From a virus: a stretch of DNA of 64,000 nucleotides. The notes beneath the pieces are model-generated. The model was not told where the DNA came from. It saw nothing but the letters and a program-made list of their open reading frames with translations, and did no database searches. The stretch lies in the IMG/VR virus record IMGVR_UViG_3300027734_000039; one strand, written 5' to 3'. This document shows positions 1 through 8,884 of the stretch, piece by piece. The translations under genes were made by a program, and so were the position numbers. Every line of letters begins with the position of its first letter. The first letter of the stretch is position 1.

Positions 1-1
1 T

Positions 2-295
2 TATGACCCAAAGGTCGAATGGGCACTCCCTCCTGGAGTTCCTCCTTATAAGCCAAATGAATTGGTTGATCAGGAAAACGTTCTTATTAGAGAATGTCAA
101 AAGCTAACATATTACATCAAGGGGTTTCACCCCGATCTTCCGCAACTCAAGCGCGAAACTATGTTCGTTAATTTGCTTGAAAACGTTGCTCCAAAAGATG
201 CAGAACTTCTTTGCCATATCAAAGACAAAAAGCCAATTAAAGGCATTACCCTTCAACATGTAACAGAGGCGCTACCAGGGCTTATTCAAGAATGA
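2..295 (+). CDS. Conserved T4-like phage hypothetical protein, 5'-truncated by the window edge
   Basis: Frame is open from position 2 (YDPKVEWALPPGVPPYKPNE...) into the listed 62..295 ORF; resembles small proteins found upstream of phoH in T4-like phages. Confidence 0.6.
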   Translation, partial: YDPKVEWALPPGVPPYKPNELVDQENVLIRECQKLTYYIKGFHPDLPQLKRETMFVNLLENVAPKDAELLCHIKDKKPIKGITLQHVTEALPGLIQE

Positions 296-498
296 GTAAA
301 CAACAAATTAAAAAGTTTCGTAAAAATGATTATTCGTATGATGATGAAGAGGCAGAATCATACAATCCTAAAAATTTTGTAAATAAGCATAAAGAGCGTA
401 GAGTCGAGCGAGCCCTCCGCACCAAGGATATCTCGGCTCTAACTGAAGATGAAGATGATGATTGGGATGATGATCATATGTTCGAGGTTAGACAATAA
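292..498 (+). CDS. Hypothetical protein, acidic C-terminus
   Basis: 68 aa ORF coupled to both neighbours (ATGA and TAATG overlaps). Confidence 0.6.
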   Translation: MSKQQIKKFRKNDYSYDDEEAESYNPKNFVNKHKERRVERALRTKDISALTEDEDDDWDDDHMFEVRQ

Positions 499-740
499 TG
501 CCCACATATAAATTTCTTAATAATGAAACTGGCGAAGAGTTCGAGGACTTTATGACTATCTCGGCTCTAGATGATTACTTGAAGTTAAATCCACATTTAG
601 TTCAACTTGTAAATGGTGCACCAATGATCTCTTCTGGTCGCGGTATGGGCAAACCTGATCAGGGGTTCAGAGATATCTTGAAAAATATTAAAGATAAAAA
701 TTCAGGAGGTCTTACGAAGAGCACCATTAATACTTTTTAA
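498..740 (+). CDS. FmdB-like small protein
   Basis: MPTYxF...GEEFE start typical of phage FmdB-like proteins; usual position before phoH. Confidence 0.6.
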   Translation: MPTYKFLNNETGEEFEDFMTISALDDYLKLNPHLVQLVNGAPMISSGRGMGKPDQGFRDILKNIKDKNSGGLTKSTINTF

Positions 741-749
741 AGGGTAATA

Positions 750-1493
750 ATGGAACACGTTAAGAGACTAACAAGAAAAGAAAAACGTATTCTTAGGCAA
801 AATAACGAGAAGGTAGATAATCAAGAAAAATTAAATTTTAAACTCAAAAATGTAGAACCTTTAACGCAAAACCAAAAGCTATCTTTTGAAGCATATCATA
901 ATGGTAAAAATTTGATGCTTCATGGAATCGCTGGTACTGGTAAAAGTTTTATTTCTATGTATTTGGGATTGAATCAAATACTTGGTGAAAATAGTCAGTA
1001 TAAAAAACTTGTTATTGTTAGAAGTGTTGTTCCAACTAGAGATATGGGATTCCTTCCAGGTAACTCTAAAGAAAAGGCAAAAGTGTATGAAGCACCCTAC
1101 TACGCAATCTGTACAGAGCTCTTTGGTCGCTCGGATTCTTACGAGTATCTTAAATCCAGGAATGTGGTTGAATTTATCTCCACATCTTTCATACGCGGCA
1201 TTACTCTTAATGATTGTATCATTGTGGTGGATGAAATTGCCAACATGACATTACACGAGCTAGACTCGGTAATTACTCGCGTTGGTAAAAATTGTAGAAT
1301 TATTTTCTCTGGGGATTTCCGTCAATCAGACTTCACCAAAGAACATGAAAAAAATGGGTTGATTGATTTTATGCGAATTATTGAACGTATGAAGTCCTTT
1401 ACCTTTATTGATTTTAATGAACATGATATTGTCCGAAGCTCCATGGTGAAAGACTATATTATTCAAAAGGACAAATTGAGAATTGTCGCGTAA
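750..1493 (+). CDS. phoH: PhoH-like ATPase
   Basis: Walker A GIAGTGKS, MGFLPG, FIRGITL, DEIAN, GDFRQSD and DIVRS motifs. Confidence 0.95.
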   Translation: MEHVKRLTRKEKRILRQNNEKVDNQEKLNFKLKNVEPLTQNQKLSFEAYHNGKNLMLHGIAGTGKSFISMYLGLNQILGENSQYKKLVIVRSVVPTRDMGFLPGNSKEKAKVYEAPYYAICTELFGRSDSYEYLKSRNVVEFISTSFIRGITLNDCIIVVDEIANMTLHELDSVITRVGKNCRIIFSGDFRQSDFTKEHEKNGLIDFMRIIERMKSFTFIDFNEHDIVRSSMVKDYIIQKDKLRIVA

Positions 1494-2148
1494 AACATTT
1501 ATTCATAAGTTCGTTCCAACTGTTGAGCTGGCCACTGAAAATATCGGTGGCCAGCGTTATTACGTTTTGCCTGATGGCTTAACAAAGCTAAAGTCCGTCA
1601 CAACTATTCTTGGCGAGCGTACTGATAAAACTGCTTTATTAGAATGGAGAGCAAGGGTTGGCGAAGCTGAAGCTCAAAAGATATCCGTGCAGGCTGCTCG
1701 TCGTGGGACAGCTATTCATTCTATTGCTGAACGATATATTTTGAATGAAGAAAAGTATTACAGCGATAAAGAGATGCCCATTAACATAGAATCTTTTAAA
1801 CCTATTAAAGAGATTTTAGATGAACATGTTAATACTGTTCTTGGCGTTGAGATACCCCTTTATTCAAAAGCTCTTGGTTGCGCTGGTAGAACCGATCTAG
1901 TTGCTGAATATGATGGCGTTGTATCTATTATCGACTTTAAAACTTCAAAGAGAATGAAAAAAGCTGAATGGATCGAAAACTACTTTATACAAGCTACTTG
2001 CTATGCTATGATGTTTGAATGGATTTATAAAATTGCAGTTCCTCAAATCGTTATCATCATAACAGTTGACGACGAAAAAACGCCCCAGGTATTTAAGCTG
2101 GAGCGTTCTCAGTATGTTAATCGTGTGTTGGAAATTTTTAGAACTTAA
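1483..2148 (+). CDS. PD-(D/E)XK (Cas4/RecB-like) exonuclease
   Basis: SVTTIL, RGTAIH, AGRTD, IIDFKTS and YFIQATCY motifs; canonical phoH neighbour. Confidence 0.9.
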   Translation: MSRKTFIHKFVPTVELATENIGGQRYYVLPDGLTKLKSVTTILGERTDKTALLEWRARVGEAEAQKISVQAARRGTAIHSIAERYILNEEKYYSDKEMPINIESFKPIKEILDEHVNTVLGVEIPLYSKALGCAGRTDLVAEYDGVVSIIDFKTSKRMKKAEWIENYFIQATCYAMMFEWIYKIAVPQIVIIITVDDEKTPQVFKLERSQYVNRVLEIFRT

Positions 2149-4006
2149 AGTTTAATCCTACCATAGCAGAAACACCTTTATAACCATTGCCGCCATAATC
2201 GCCCCCTAACGATACAAAGGCAGAGGTAGTTTCATTTATTTTCTTATCATACTTTACACGAACTTGACCAACTGTTTTGAAATCTTTAGATTGAGTAACT
2301 CTAGTTTCAACAGAAAAATCTTGGTCAAGTTGATAACGCACACCTGCATATGGACGAACTTCTGTTCTATCTTTCTTTTCAGGGAGAGTAGATAACAAAG
2401 GAGAACCAAATTCTTTTGATGAATATATATCGCTATAGTTTAACGTCGCGCCGAATAAAGGTCTAAACCCGAAATAGTCTTTTCCGGAATAAACAGTAAT
2501 ATCCGTATATGCGGTATTTTGACTTACCTTATTTGAATTGCTTAAATTGAAACCAGTGAGGTTTACTGCTGAGTTATAATTTGTATTACTATAACCAACA
2601 GAAGTTTTTACCAAAGCAAGATCTTGTTTAGTTAACCAATAAGCAGTTCCGGAACCAGTTTTGAATAATGAATTTGAATTATTATATACATAAGATTCTA
2701 CTTCTTCATAAGCACCAGCAATACCATAAGTGTTTTTACCGATAGTATTTTGATAACCGAAGCTTAAACCAGATGATCTTAAACCACCATTTATTCTAGT
2801 AAATCCTAAAATTGGCTGTGCCCACTGACCGTCTTTGATAGATAAAGCGTCGACGATAAATGGATTAAAGTTTCTATAATCTAAAGAATTTTTCAAAGCA
2901 ACAGCTGAAGCAGTTTTGTTTGCTGAAGTTGAATCACCAAACTGATAAGCAGTTCCAGTTTGTGTTGTTGTAGTTGCAGGATTGTTTGGATCAGCAACGG
3001 TTGTGGTTGTATTGTTACTCCATGTCTGAATCACCTTCGGTGTTGTAACCGTTGTGACTGTATATGGCGTAGCAGTTACAGGAGTTGTTGTCTGAGTTAC
3101 ATTAAACTTAGATCCTGTATTCGTGCTAGATGTTGTAACCAACGTTGGTGCTGCTGTTGGTGTCCCTAAAGTCGTTGTCGAAGTAACAGTTGGTGTTGTT
3201 GGTGTTGTGCTTACAACTGTTGGGTTCGATGGAGCTGGTGTAGGATCAACCGTTGGCATGTTTGGATTGTTAGGAGCAACAGCACCGAACGTCTGACCGT
3301 TCTTAGTTACAGATCCAAGACCATCGTTCACATACAGAACTGGCGAAAGAGCAGTATCACCCTGATTGAATGAAGCGAAACCAAGACGATACGTTCCAGC
3401 ATCTACAGTTTCGTAGTTGACGATCTGCCAACCAGTTGAACCGTATGAACCAGTCGAATAGTTACCTGTTCCTGGATTTGTAGCACCGAGCAGAATGTAT
3501 TGTGTAAGAACGTTATTGATCTTACCAAGAGCAGCTGCGTTGCCTGTGTTCACGAATGTTGTGATAGAACCGTCATTGAACGGAACGTAGTCAGTCGATG
3601 TGTAAACCCAATACATCGAGAACTTAGTAGCAGCTGCAAGTGGGAAATCTTTATAGACCCATGCTGCGTTGGTAATGTTACCACCACCTTGTGGATTTTG
3701 TGCAGCGATTTCACCAGAAAGAGCAGATACAGAAGCGGCACTCATACCGAGCGCATTTGTCATATTGGTATATGTTGCTGTTGGATTAGTTGGTGTGAGA
3801 CCAACCATCGTCGATCCCGTGTATGGGCTGATTGCCCATGCATTCATGCCAGCTTGAATTGTTTGTGTGCCAGTCTTTGTAGCTGTCCCAGCAGGACCAT
3901 TTGTCCATCCACTGGCGCTTAGTGAGTAATCTTGTGAAAACGCTACCGATGTAAATGCAAATAGGGCGATTGTCGCCGCTAGAATCTTTTTCATTTTTGG
4001 CTCCAT
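2138..4006 (-). CDS. Autotransporter-like outer-membrane protein
   Basis: Signal peptide (MKKILAATIALFAFTSVAFS), beta-rich N-domain, Pro/Thr-rich linker, C-terminal amphipathic beta-strands ending VGLNFKF. Confidence 0.7.
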   Translation of the reverse strand: MEPKMKKILAATIALFAFTSVAFSQDYSLSASGWTNGPAGTATKTGTQTIQAGMNAWAISPYTGSTMVGLTPTNPTATYTNMTNALGMSAASVSALSGEIAAQNPQGGGNITNAAWVYKDFPLAAATKFSMYWVYTSTDYVPFNDGSITTFVNTGNAAALGKINNVLTQYILLGATNPGTGNYSTGSYGSTGWQIVNYETVDAGTYRLGFASFNQGDTALSPVLYVNDGLGSVTKNGQTFGAVAPNNPNMPTVDPTPAPSNPTVVSTTPTTPTVTSTTTLGTPTAAPTLVTTSSTNTGSKFNVTQTTTPVTATPYTVTTVTTPKVIQTWSNNTTTTVADPNNPATTTTQTGTAYQFGDSTSANKTASAVALKNSLDYRNFNPFIVDALSIKDGQWAQPILGFTRINGGLRSSGLSFGYQNTIGKNTYGIAGAYEEVESYVYNNSNSLFKTGSGTAYWLTKQDLALVKTSVGYSNTNYNSAVNLTGFNLSNSNKVSQNTAYTDITVYSGKDYFGFRPLFGATLNYSDIYSSKEFGSPLLSTLPEKKDRTEVRPYAGVRYQLDQDFSVETRVTQSKDFKTVGQVRVKYDKKINETTSAFVSLGGDYGGNGYKGVSAMVGLNFKF

Positions 4007-4062
4007 TATGGTTTGATAATTTCATCAATCATCAGACACATAACGAAACAACATCTCTACTC

Positions 4063-4074
4063 TATTTATAAATA
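4063..4074. promoter_or_regulatory. Bidirectional T4-type late promoter (TATAAATA on both strands)
   Basis: Palindrome TATTTATAAATA between divergent genes. Confidence 0.65.
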
Positions 4075-4095
4075 ATAAAAAAGGTGGAGGTTTTT

Positions 4096-4377
4096 ATGGA
4101 TACTTGGTTTAAATTAATCGCCGATGTCGGCTTTCCTATCGCTGCTGCATGCGCAATGGGATACTTTATTTTCTTAACGATTAAATTCATCCTTGCTGGT
4201 GTTATGAGTAGCGTCCAAGGACTCAGTGGAATCATTACTGCTCTCGATAACAGAGTTAAGACGATGAACCACGACGTCATAAGAATCGACACTCTCGTCT
4301 CCAACGCCATGGGTGTTAAACCTGACATTGACCGTATCGCCCGTGCGGACGGCAAAAACGATGCAAGAAGGGACTGA
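4096..4377 (+). CDS. Small membrane protein (one TM plus coiled coil)
   Basis: GGAGG then ATG at 4096; DVGFPIAAA TM segment; paralogous to next gene. Confidence 0.75.
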   Translation: MDTWFKLIADVGFPIAAACAMGYFIFLTIKFILAGVMSSVQGLSGIITALDNRVKTMNHDVIRIDTLVSNAMGVKPDIDRIARADGKNDARRD

Positions 4378-4379
4378 CC

Positions 4380-4733
4380 ATGGGTGATATTGCTCAATTA
4401 ATTTCAAAGTATGGGTTTCCTATTGTCGCTGCGGCAGGTATGGGTTATATGATTTTTTATGTGTGGACTTGGGCTACACAGGAAGTTAAGCCAGTACTCT
4501 CAGAGGCTAATAAAGTTTTGATTGCGCTTATTGATCGTATTCGCATGTTAGATAATGACCTTATTCGTTTAAATCAAAAAGTTAATATTGTTCTTCAACT
4601 ACGTAAAATGGAACATGACGAGTTAACAAAGCAAGCTCATCAGTTTTTGATCGAAGAAAATAACAGGTCCGTATCTGTACCAGAGCAAAAGACCGAGGAA
4701 AAGCCAGACGAATCCAATAAGAAAGTAAAGTAA
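4380..4733 (+). CDS. Small membrane protein (one TM plus coiled coil)
   Basis: KYGFPIVAA TM segment and LIDRIRMLDNDLIRL, similar to LDNRVKTMNHDVIRI in previous gene. Confidence 0.75.
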   Translation: MGDIAQLISKYGFPIVAAAGMGYMIFYVWTWATQEVKPVLSEANKVLIALIDRIRMLDNDLIRLNQKVNIVLQLRKMEHDELTKQAHQFLIEENNRSVSVPEQKTEEKPDESNKKVK

Positions 4734-4735
4734 TA

Positions 4736-5707
4736 TTACTTCCTTAGATTGTCTATGAACATTTTCGCTGTTTTCTTCCAATCGTAATTTTCCTTAATAA
4801 AGTTAGAGCAGTCAGACGATTTAAGTTTGACTGCTTTTTCGCAAGCAACTTTAAGATCCCAATTCATAGCCCCAACTTTTTTATTGAGGATATCGATTGG
4901 ACCAGTTACTGGATAAGCAGCAACTGGTGTTCCGCAAGCAAGAGCTTCAATAATAACTATACCGAATGTATCTGCCTTTGATGGGAATACAAACACATCA
5001 GCATTTTGATAAACAAATGCTAAATTATTACCTGTTAATTTGCCCATAAAATTTACATACGGATATTTTTTTCTTAATCTTTCAAGTTCTGGACCATCGC
5101 CAACAACAACCTTTGTTGATTTAATATCTAAATCAAGAAAAGCTTCGATGTTTTTTTCTACCGAAACTCTACCAACATAAAGAAGCATTGGTATCTGCCC
5201 CTTTAATCTTTTCGGCTTCGGTGGTTTAAATAGATTAGTATCTACACCACGAGTCCATTTAACAAGATTAACAAACCCACGTCTTTCAAGATCTAATTTC
5301 AAACTATCAGTCGTCACCATCACAGCTGAACTTTTAGAATGAAACCACTTCATATATTTGTATGTAAACTTAGCTGGAAACTTAATCATTGCTTCTAAAA
5401 ATTCAGGAAACTTTGTGTGATAGCTCGTTGTAAAGTTTCTTTTGTTTTTTACACACCAGTTTCTTACAGCTAACCCGATCGGTCCTTCTGTAGCGATATG
5501 AATATACTTTGGATTTAGTTTCTTTATCTTTTCATCTATGCCAAAAGGTATGGCTAAACTAATCTCATTATATAATGGACATGGAAATGATTTGAAATCG
5601 TTCGGTGTGATGAAAATAACATCATCACACTCTTCTTGTATTTTCTTTAAGGTCATAACAACGCCGTTAACTTGTGGTTCCCAAGCGTCAGTTGCGATAA
5701 GAATCAT
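4736..5707 (-). CDS. GT4 glycosyltransferase, Agt-like diacylglycerol glycosyltransferase
   Basis: TDAWEPQVNGVV, HIATEGPIG, FTTSYHTKFPE, WTRGVD, VGRVSVEKN and DTFGIVIIEA motifs. Confidence 0.85.
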   Translation of the reverse strand: MILIATDAWEPQVNGVVMTLKKIQEECDDVIFITPNDFKSFPCPLYNEISLAIPFGIDEKIKKLNPKYIHIATEGPIGLAVRNWCVKNKRNFTTSYHTKFPEFLEAMIKFPAKFTYKYMKWFHSKSSAVMVTTDSLKLDLERRGFVNLVKWTRGVDTNLFKPPKPKRLKGQIPMLLYVGRVSVEKNIEAFLDLDIKSTKVVVGDGPELERLRKKYPYVNFMGKLTGNNLAFVYQNADVFVFPSKADTFGIVIIEALACGTPVAAYPVTGPIDILNKKVGAMNWDLKVACEKAVKLKSSDCSNFIKENYDWKKTAKMFIDNLRK

Positions 5708-5835
5708 TTTACAGCTTGTGTTTTCTTATTTTTCAAAGACTTCTTAAGAATTTTAAACCAAACTTTCTTTTCTTTATCCTTATTTTTTTCAAGGATAGCT
5801 TTGTAAAGTTTAGAAACTAACTTATTTACTTTCAT
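5704..5835 (-). CDS. 43-aa Lys-rich peptide (not in ORF track)
   Basis: MKVNKLVSKLYKAILEKNKDKEKKVWFKILKKSLKNKKTQAVK; overlaps upstream stop and downstream start (ATGA). Confidence 0.6.
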   Translation of the reverse strand: MKVNKLVSKLYKAILEKNKDKEKKVWFKILKKSLKNKKTQAVK

Positions 5836-6583
5836 CGTTCCACCTTATTAGTTCGAATTTACCATCATAGTGTTCAACAATAGCAGTACAAGATTCTACC
5901 CAGTCACCACAGTTATAGTATTTAATACCGTTGAAATCGCCAATGTTAGCGTGATGGATATGACCACAAACAACACCGCTAACTTCTTGTGTTTTAGCAA
6001 AAGAAGAAAGGGTCTCTTCATAATTGCCAATAAAGTTTACAGCTTCTTTTACTTTGTACTTAGCCCATGCACTCAATGACCAATATGGCAACCCAAACCA
6101 GTTTCTAACTTTAGTAACAAGAGTGTTAAGCGCCATCGCTACATCATACGCCCAAGAACCTAGATGAGCTAACCACTTTGCATTTCTAATTACAGCATCA
6201 AACTGGTCGCCGTGTATGACAAGTATAGGTTTACCATCAACTGTAATATGAACGAAACGTTCTAATACGTGAATGTTACCAAAGAACTGATCACCAAACG
6301 TTCTTAGTATTTCGTCGTGATTGCCTGACACATATATGATATCAGTACCTTTACGACCTTTTCTTAATATCTTTTGTACAACGTCATTGTGACTTTGTGT
6401 CCAATACATATTTTTTGACATAGCCCAGCAGTCAATAATATCGCCTACCAAATAAAACTTTTCACATTCAAACGTTTTCATAAACTCTAATAGAGCATCA
6501 GCCTGTGACGCTTTTGTCCCAAGGTGAACATCTGATATGAATACAGAACGATACTTATTTACTATTGGTTCTGAAGACGCCAT
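5822..6583 (-). CDS. Metallophosphoesterase, PlcP/LpxH2-like phospholipase C
   Basis: SDVHLG, LVGDIID, HNDVVQKILRKGRKG, GNHDE, HGDQFD, GHIH and GDWVESCTA motifs; adjacent to Agt-like GT4. Confidence 0.85.
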   Translation of the reverse strand: MASSEPIVNKYRSVFISDVHLGTKASQADALLEFMKTFECEKFYLVGDIIDCWAMSKNMYWTQSHNDVVQKILRKGRKGTDIIYVSGNHDEILRTFGDQFFGNIHVLERFVHITVDGKPILVIHGDQFDAVIRNAKWLAHLGSWAYDVAMALNTLVTKVRNWFGLPYWSLSAWAKYKVKEAVNFIGNYEETLSSFAKTQEVSGVVCGHIHHANIGDFNGIKYYNCGDWVESCTAIVEHYDGKFELIRWNDESK

Positions 6584-8618
6584 CCCAATTTTCTCCTGGT
6601 GGGTTTATTTTATATTCTTTTACTCTTTCCATCATCATATCATAATATTCTTTCATTTCACCATCAAATGCATTTTGAAGCGTTTTATAATAATCTTTTA
6701 GCTTATCCCACTTTTGACCTCTATAAAACTTTATAAAGTCCGCATGAGTACGAGAATAAGCAATGTTGATGCTATTCCTATCAACAATCGTGTAAATGTT
6801 AACACCTTCAGTTTTTCCTTTCACAGCAAGACAATCAAGCTCCAAGCATAGATATTCATCTTTAACTAACTCGTAAGTACGTTGACCTATAATCAGTTTT
6901 ACATGATACGGTTTTGATTGACCTTCTAGTCTAGAGGCCAAGTTAACAGAATCACCGAGGCAAGTATAATCGAAACGCTGAGAGCTACCCATATTTCCGA
7001 CAACAACAGAACCAGTATTGATACCAAGACCCATACCGAAAGCAGGAATACCTTCGTTGGCGATTTCAGCATTGAAGCGATCCAAGTCGCCAAGCATTTC
7101 AAGAGCTGTTTTAACTGCATGTTTAGCGTGATCCTTATCGTCTAGTGGTGCGTTCCAAAAAGCCATTTGAGCATCACCAATATATTTATCAAGCGTTCCT
7201 TCATTTTCAAGTATTTTCGCAGTCATCGCTGTCATGTAGCGATTCATAATCTCAGTAAGACCTTGAACGTTAGATCCATAATGCTCACTAATAGTAGTGA
7301 AACCCCTAACATCAGTAAACATAATTGAAAGTTCTCTGGTTTCTCCGCCAAGGCGTAATAACTCCGGATTCTTTTGTAGTTTTTCTACAAGAGCTGGTGA
7401 AAGATAAGTTCCAAACTGCTTTTTAATTTGTTGTTTTAATCTGAATTCACGAGCGAAATTATTAAACGTCAATTGAAAAAATATTGCGATGCAACTAAGT
7501 AATATGTAGCTCGGATCCCACAGCTGCATATAATTTAAAAACATATAATACGAACCGCCGACAATGGAAACGACAAATGTTATCAAAACAGGTATGGTCC
7601 AAAAGACCGAAGTACGAGGTATTAGAATTAGCAATGTGCCTAATAGCAATACTAGCAGCGCTGTCTCTAGTAGCTTACTCTCTGGTAAACGGCTTATAGA
7701 AGTTCCGTCAATTAAAGTTTGAAGTGCTTGACCTTGCACTTCATGTGCCCACTTCTCCCCGATAGGTGTTGCAACTATACCACCAACACCTTCGATGGTC
7801 AATCCTAAGATAACAATTTTCCCTTCGACGGTTTCTTTTGTAATTTCAGTTGCTTCAATCTTGCTGAAGTTGTTGTTCCATCCGAGCCAGATGCGACCGT
7901 TTTTATCTGTAGAGATGGCGGGGAACTGTGGGATGCGGACGGCTTCGACACCCGCTTCACCTGTTTTGATTTGGTAAGAGGGATCGCCAGCAGCTGTTCG
8001 TAAGGTTTCCAATACAAAAGAAGGATACAGTGTATCGCCAATCCGAGCCAACATAGGCATACGACGGACAACGCCATCGCGCTCGGGAGCAACTGCCAAA
8101 AGCCCAACACCATCCGCATTTCCTGCCAATGTTGGTAAAGGAGCCACAGCCCCCCTCCAAGTATACAACCATGGATCAGGAGCATTACCGATACTAGCAA
8201 ACCCTCTGCGAGCAGCATCTGCTGGTCTTGATTGAGATGTAGGAGTTTGAGAAATGACAACGCTACCACCTCCTAAACTTTTTGCGAGCTCTTGGTCGCC
8301 ACCAGCTCTATCTTTTTCAGAAAATAAAATAGGAACTGAAATAACTGCTGCACCTGAATCGCGGAGCGTATCAATCGTTTGAGCAATATCCCTTCGGTCA
8401 AATGGCCATTGACCAAATTTTTGAACTGACTTTTCGCCAAACTCAACGAAAACAACTTCATCCGACTGTTTCTTTTCTAGTGTTCCTATCAGATAGTCAA
8501 AGGTTTTCAGCTGTAGTGTTTCGATAGGACTTGGATTGATAACATACAATGTCAACAGGAGAAAGGCGCTGATAGCAGCTGCCCACGTACTTGTAAGATA
8601 TTTGCCCAGATTTTCCAT
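6555..8618 (-). CDS. CHASE2-domain class III adenylate cyclase
   Basis: N-terminal TM, CHASE2 (GQWPFDR, DGVVRR), 3 TMs, catalytic FTDVRGFT, DKYIGDA, YTCLGDSVNLASRLE. Confidence 0.92.
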   Translation of the reverse strand: MENLGKYLTSTWAAAISAFLLLTLYVINPSPIETLQLKTFDYLIGTLEKKQSDEVVFVEFGEKSVQKFGQWPFDRRDIAQTIDTLRDSGAAVISVPILFSEKDRAGGDQELAKSLGGGSVVISQTPTSQSRPADAARRGFASIGNAPDPWLYTWRGAVAPLPTLAGNADGVGLLAVAPERDGVVRRMPMLARIGDTLYPSFVLETLRTAAGDPSYQIKTGEAGVEAVRIPQFPAISTDKNGRIWLGWNNNFSKIEATEITKETVEGKIVILGLTIEGVGGIVATPIGEKWAHEVQGQALQTLIDGTSISRLPESKLLETALLVLLLGTLLILIPRTSVFWTIPVLITFVVSIVGGSYYMFLNYMQLWDPSYILLSCIAIFFQLTFNNFAREFRLKQQIKKQFGTYLSPALVEKLQKNPELLRLGGETRELSIMFTDVRGFTTISEHYGSNVQGLTEIMNRYMTAMTAKILENEGTLDKYIGDAQMAFWNAPLDDKDHAKHAVKTALEMLGDLDRFNAEIANEGIPAFGMGLGINTGSVVVGNMGSSQRFDYTCLGDSVNLASRLEGQSKPYHVKLIIGQRTYELVKDEYLCLELDCLAVKGKTEGVNIYTIVDRNSINIAYSRTHADFIKFYRGQKWDKLKDYYKTLQNAFDGEMKEYYDMMMERVKEYKINPPGENWDGVFRTNSK

Positions 8619-8620
8619 TT

Positions 8621-8884
8621 TCAGTACTGGTTGATGATATATGGACTATTAGGGCAGCTGCTACCACATACAACGCTAAGGCTAAAAGACTGTGCATTAA
8701 TTCCAGACTGAGTGACTGAAACGCTAATCCCGTCGCCTGAAAGTTGCAAATTAGCAGAATGACCAGAAGCAGACTGAGTAATAATAACATTTTGATTTGC
8801 TCCTTGAATGTTCACGATTGCATTATTAATATTCTGCGAATAAGCAGCAGTAGTCATAAAAAGTAAAGCTAAAAGTGTTTTCAT
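8621..8884 (-). CDS. Small secreted curlin-like protein
   Basis: Signal peptide, N-x-A-x-V/I-x-Q repeats, CxxxC, ends IINQY. Confidence 0.65.
   Translation of the reverse strand: MKTLLALLFMTTAAYSQNINNAIVNIQGANQNVIITQSASGHSANLQLSGDGISVSVTQSGINAQSFSLSVVCGSSCPNSPYIINQY

Noticed and set aside
1483-2148. Cas4 as part of a CRISPR system
   Set aside because: It is a standard T4-like solo exonuclease next to phoH; no cas genes or array nearby.
5822-6583. Lipid A enzyme LpxH
   Set aside because: The motif set and adjacent Agt-like gene fit PlcP/LpxH2 better; phylogeny is needed to be sure.
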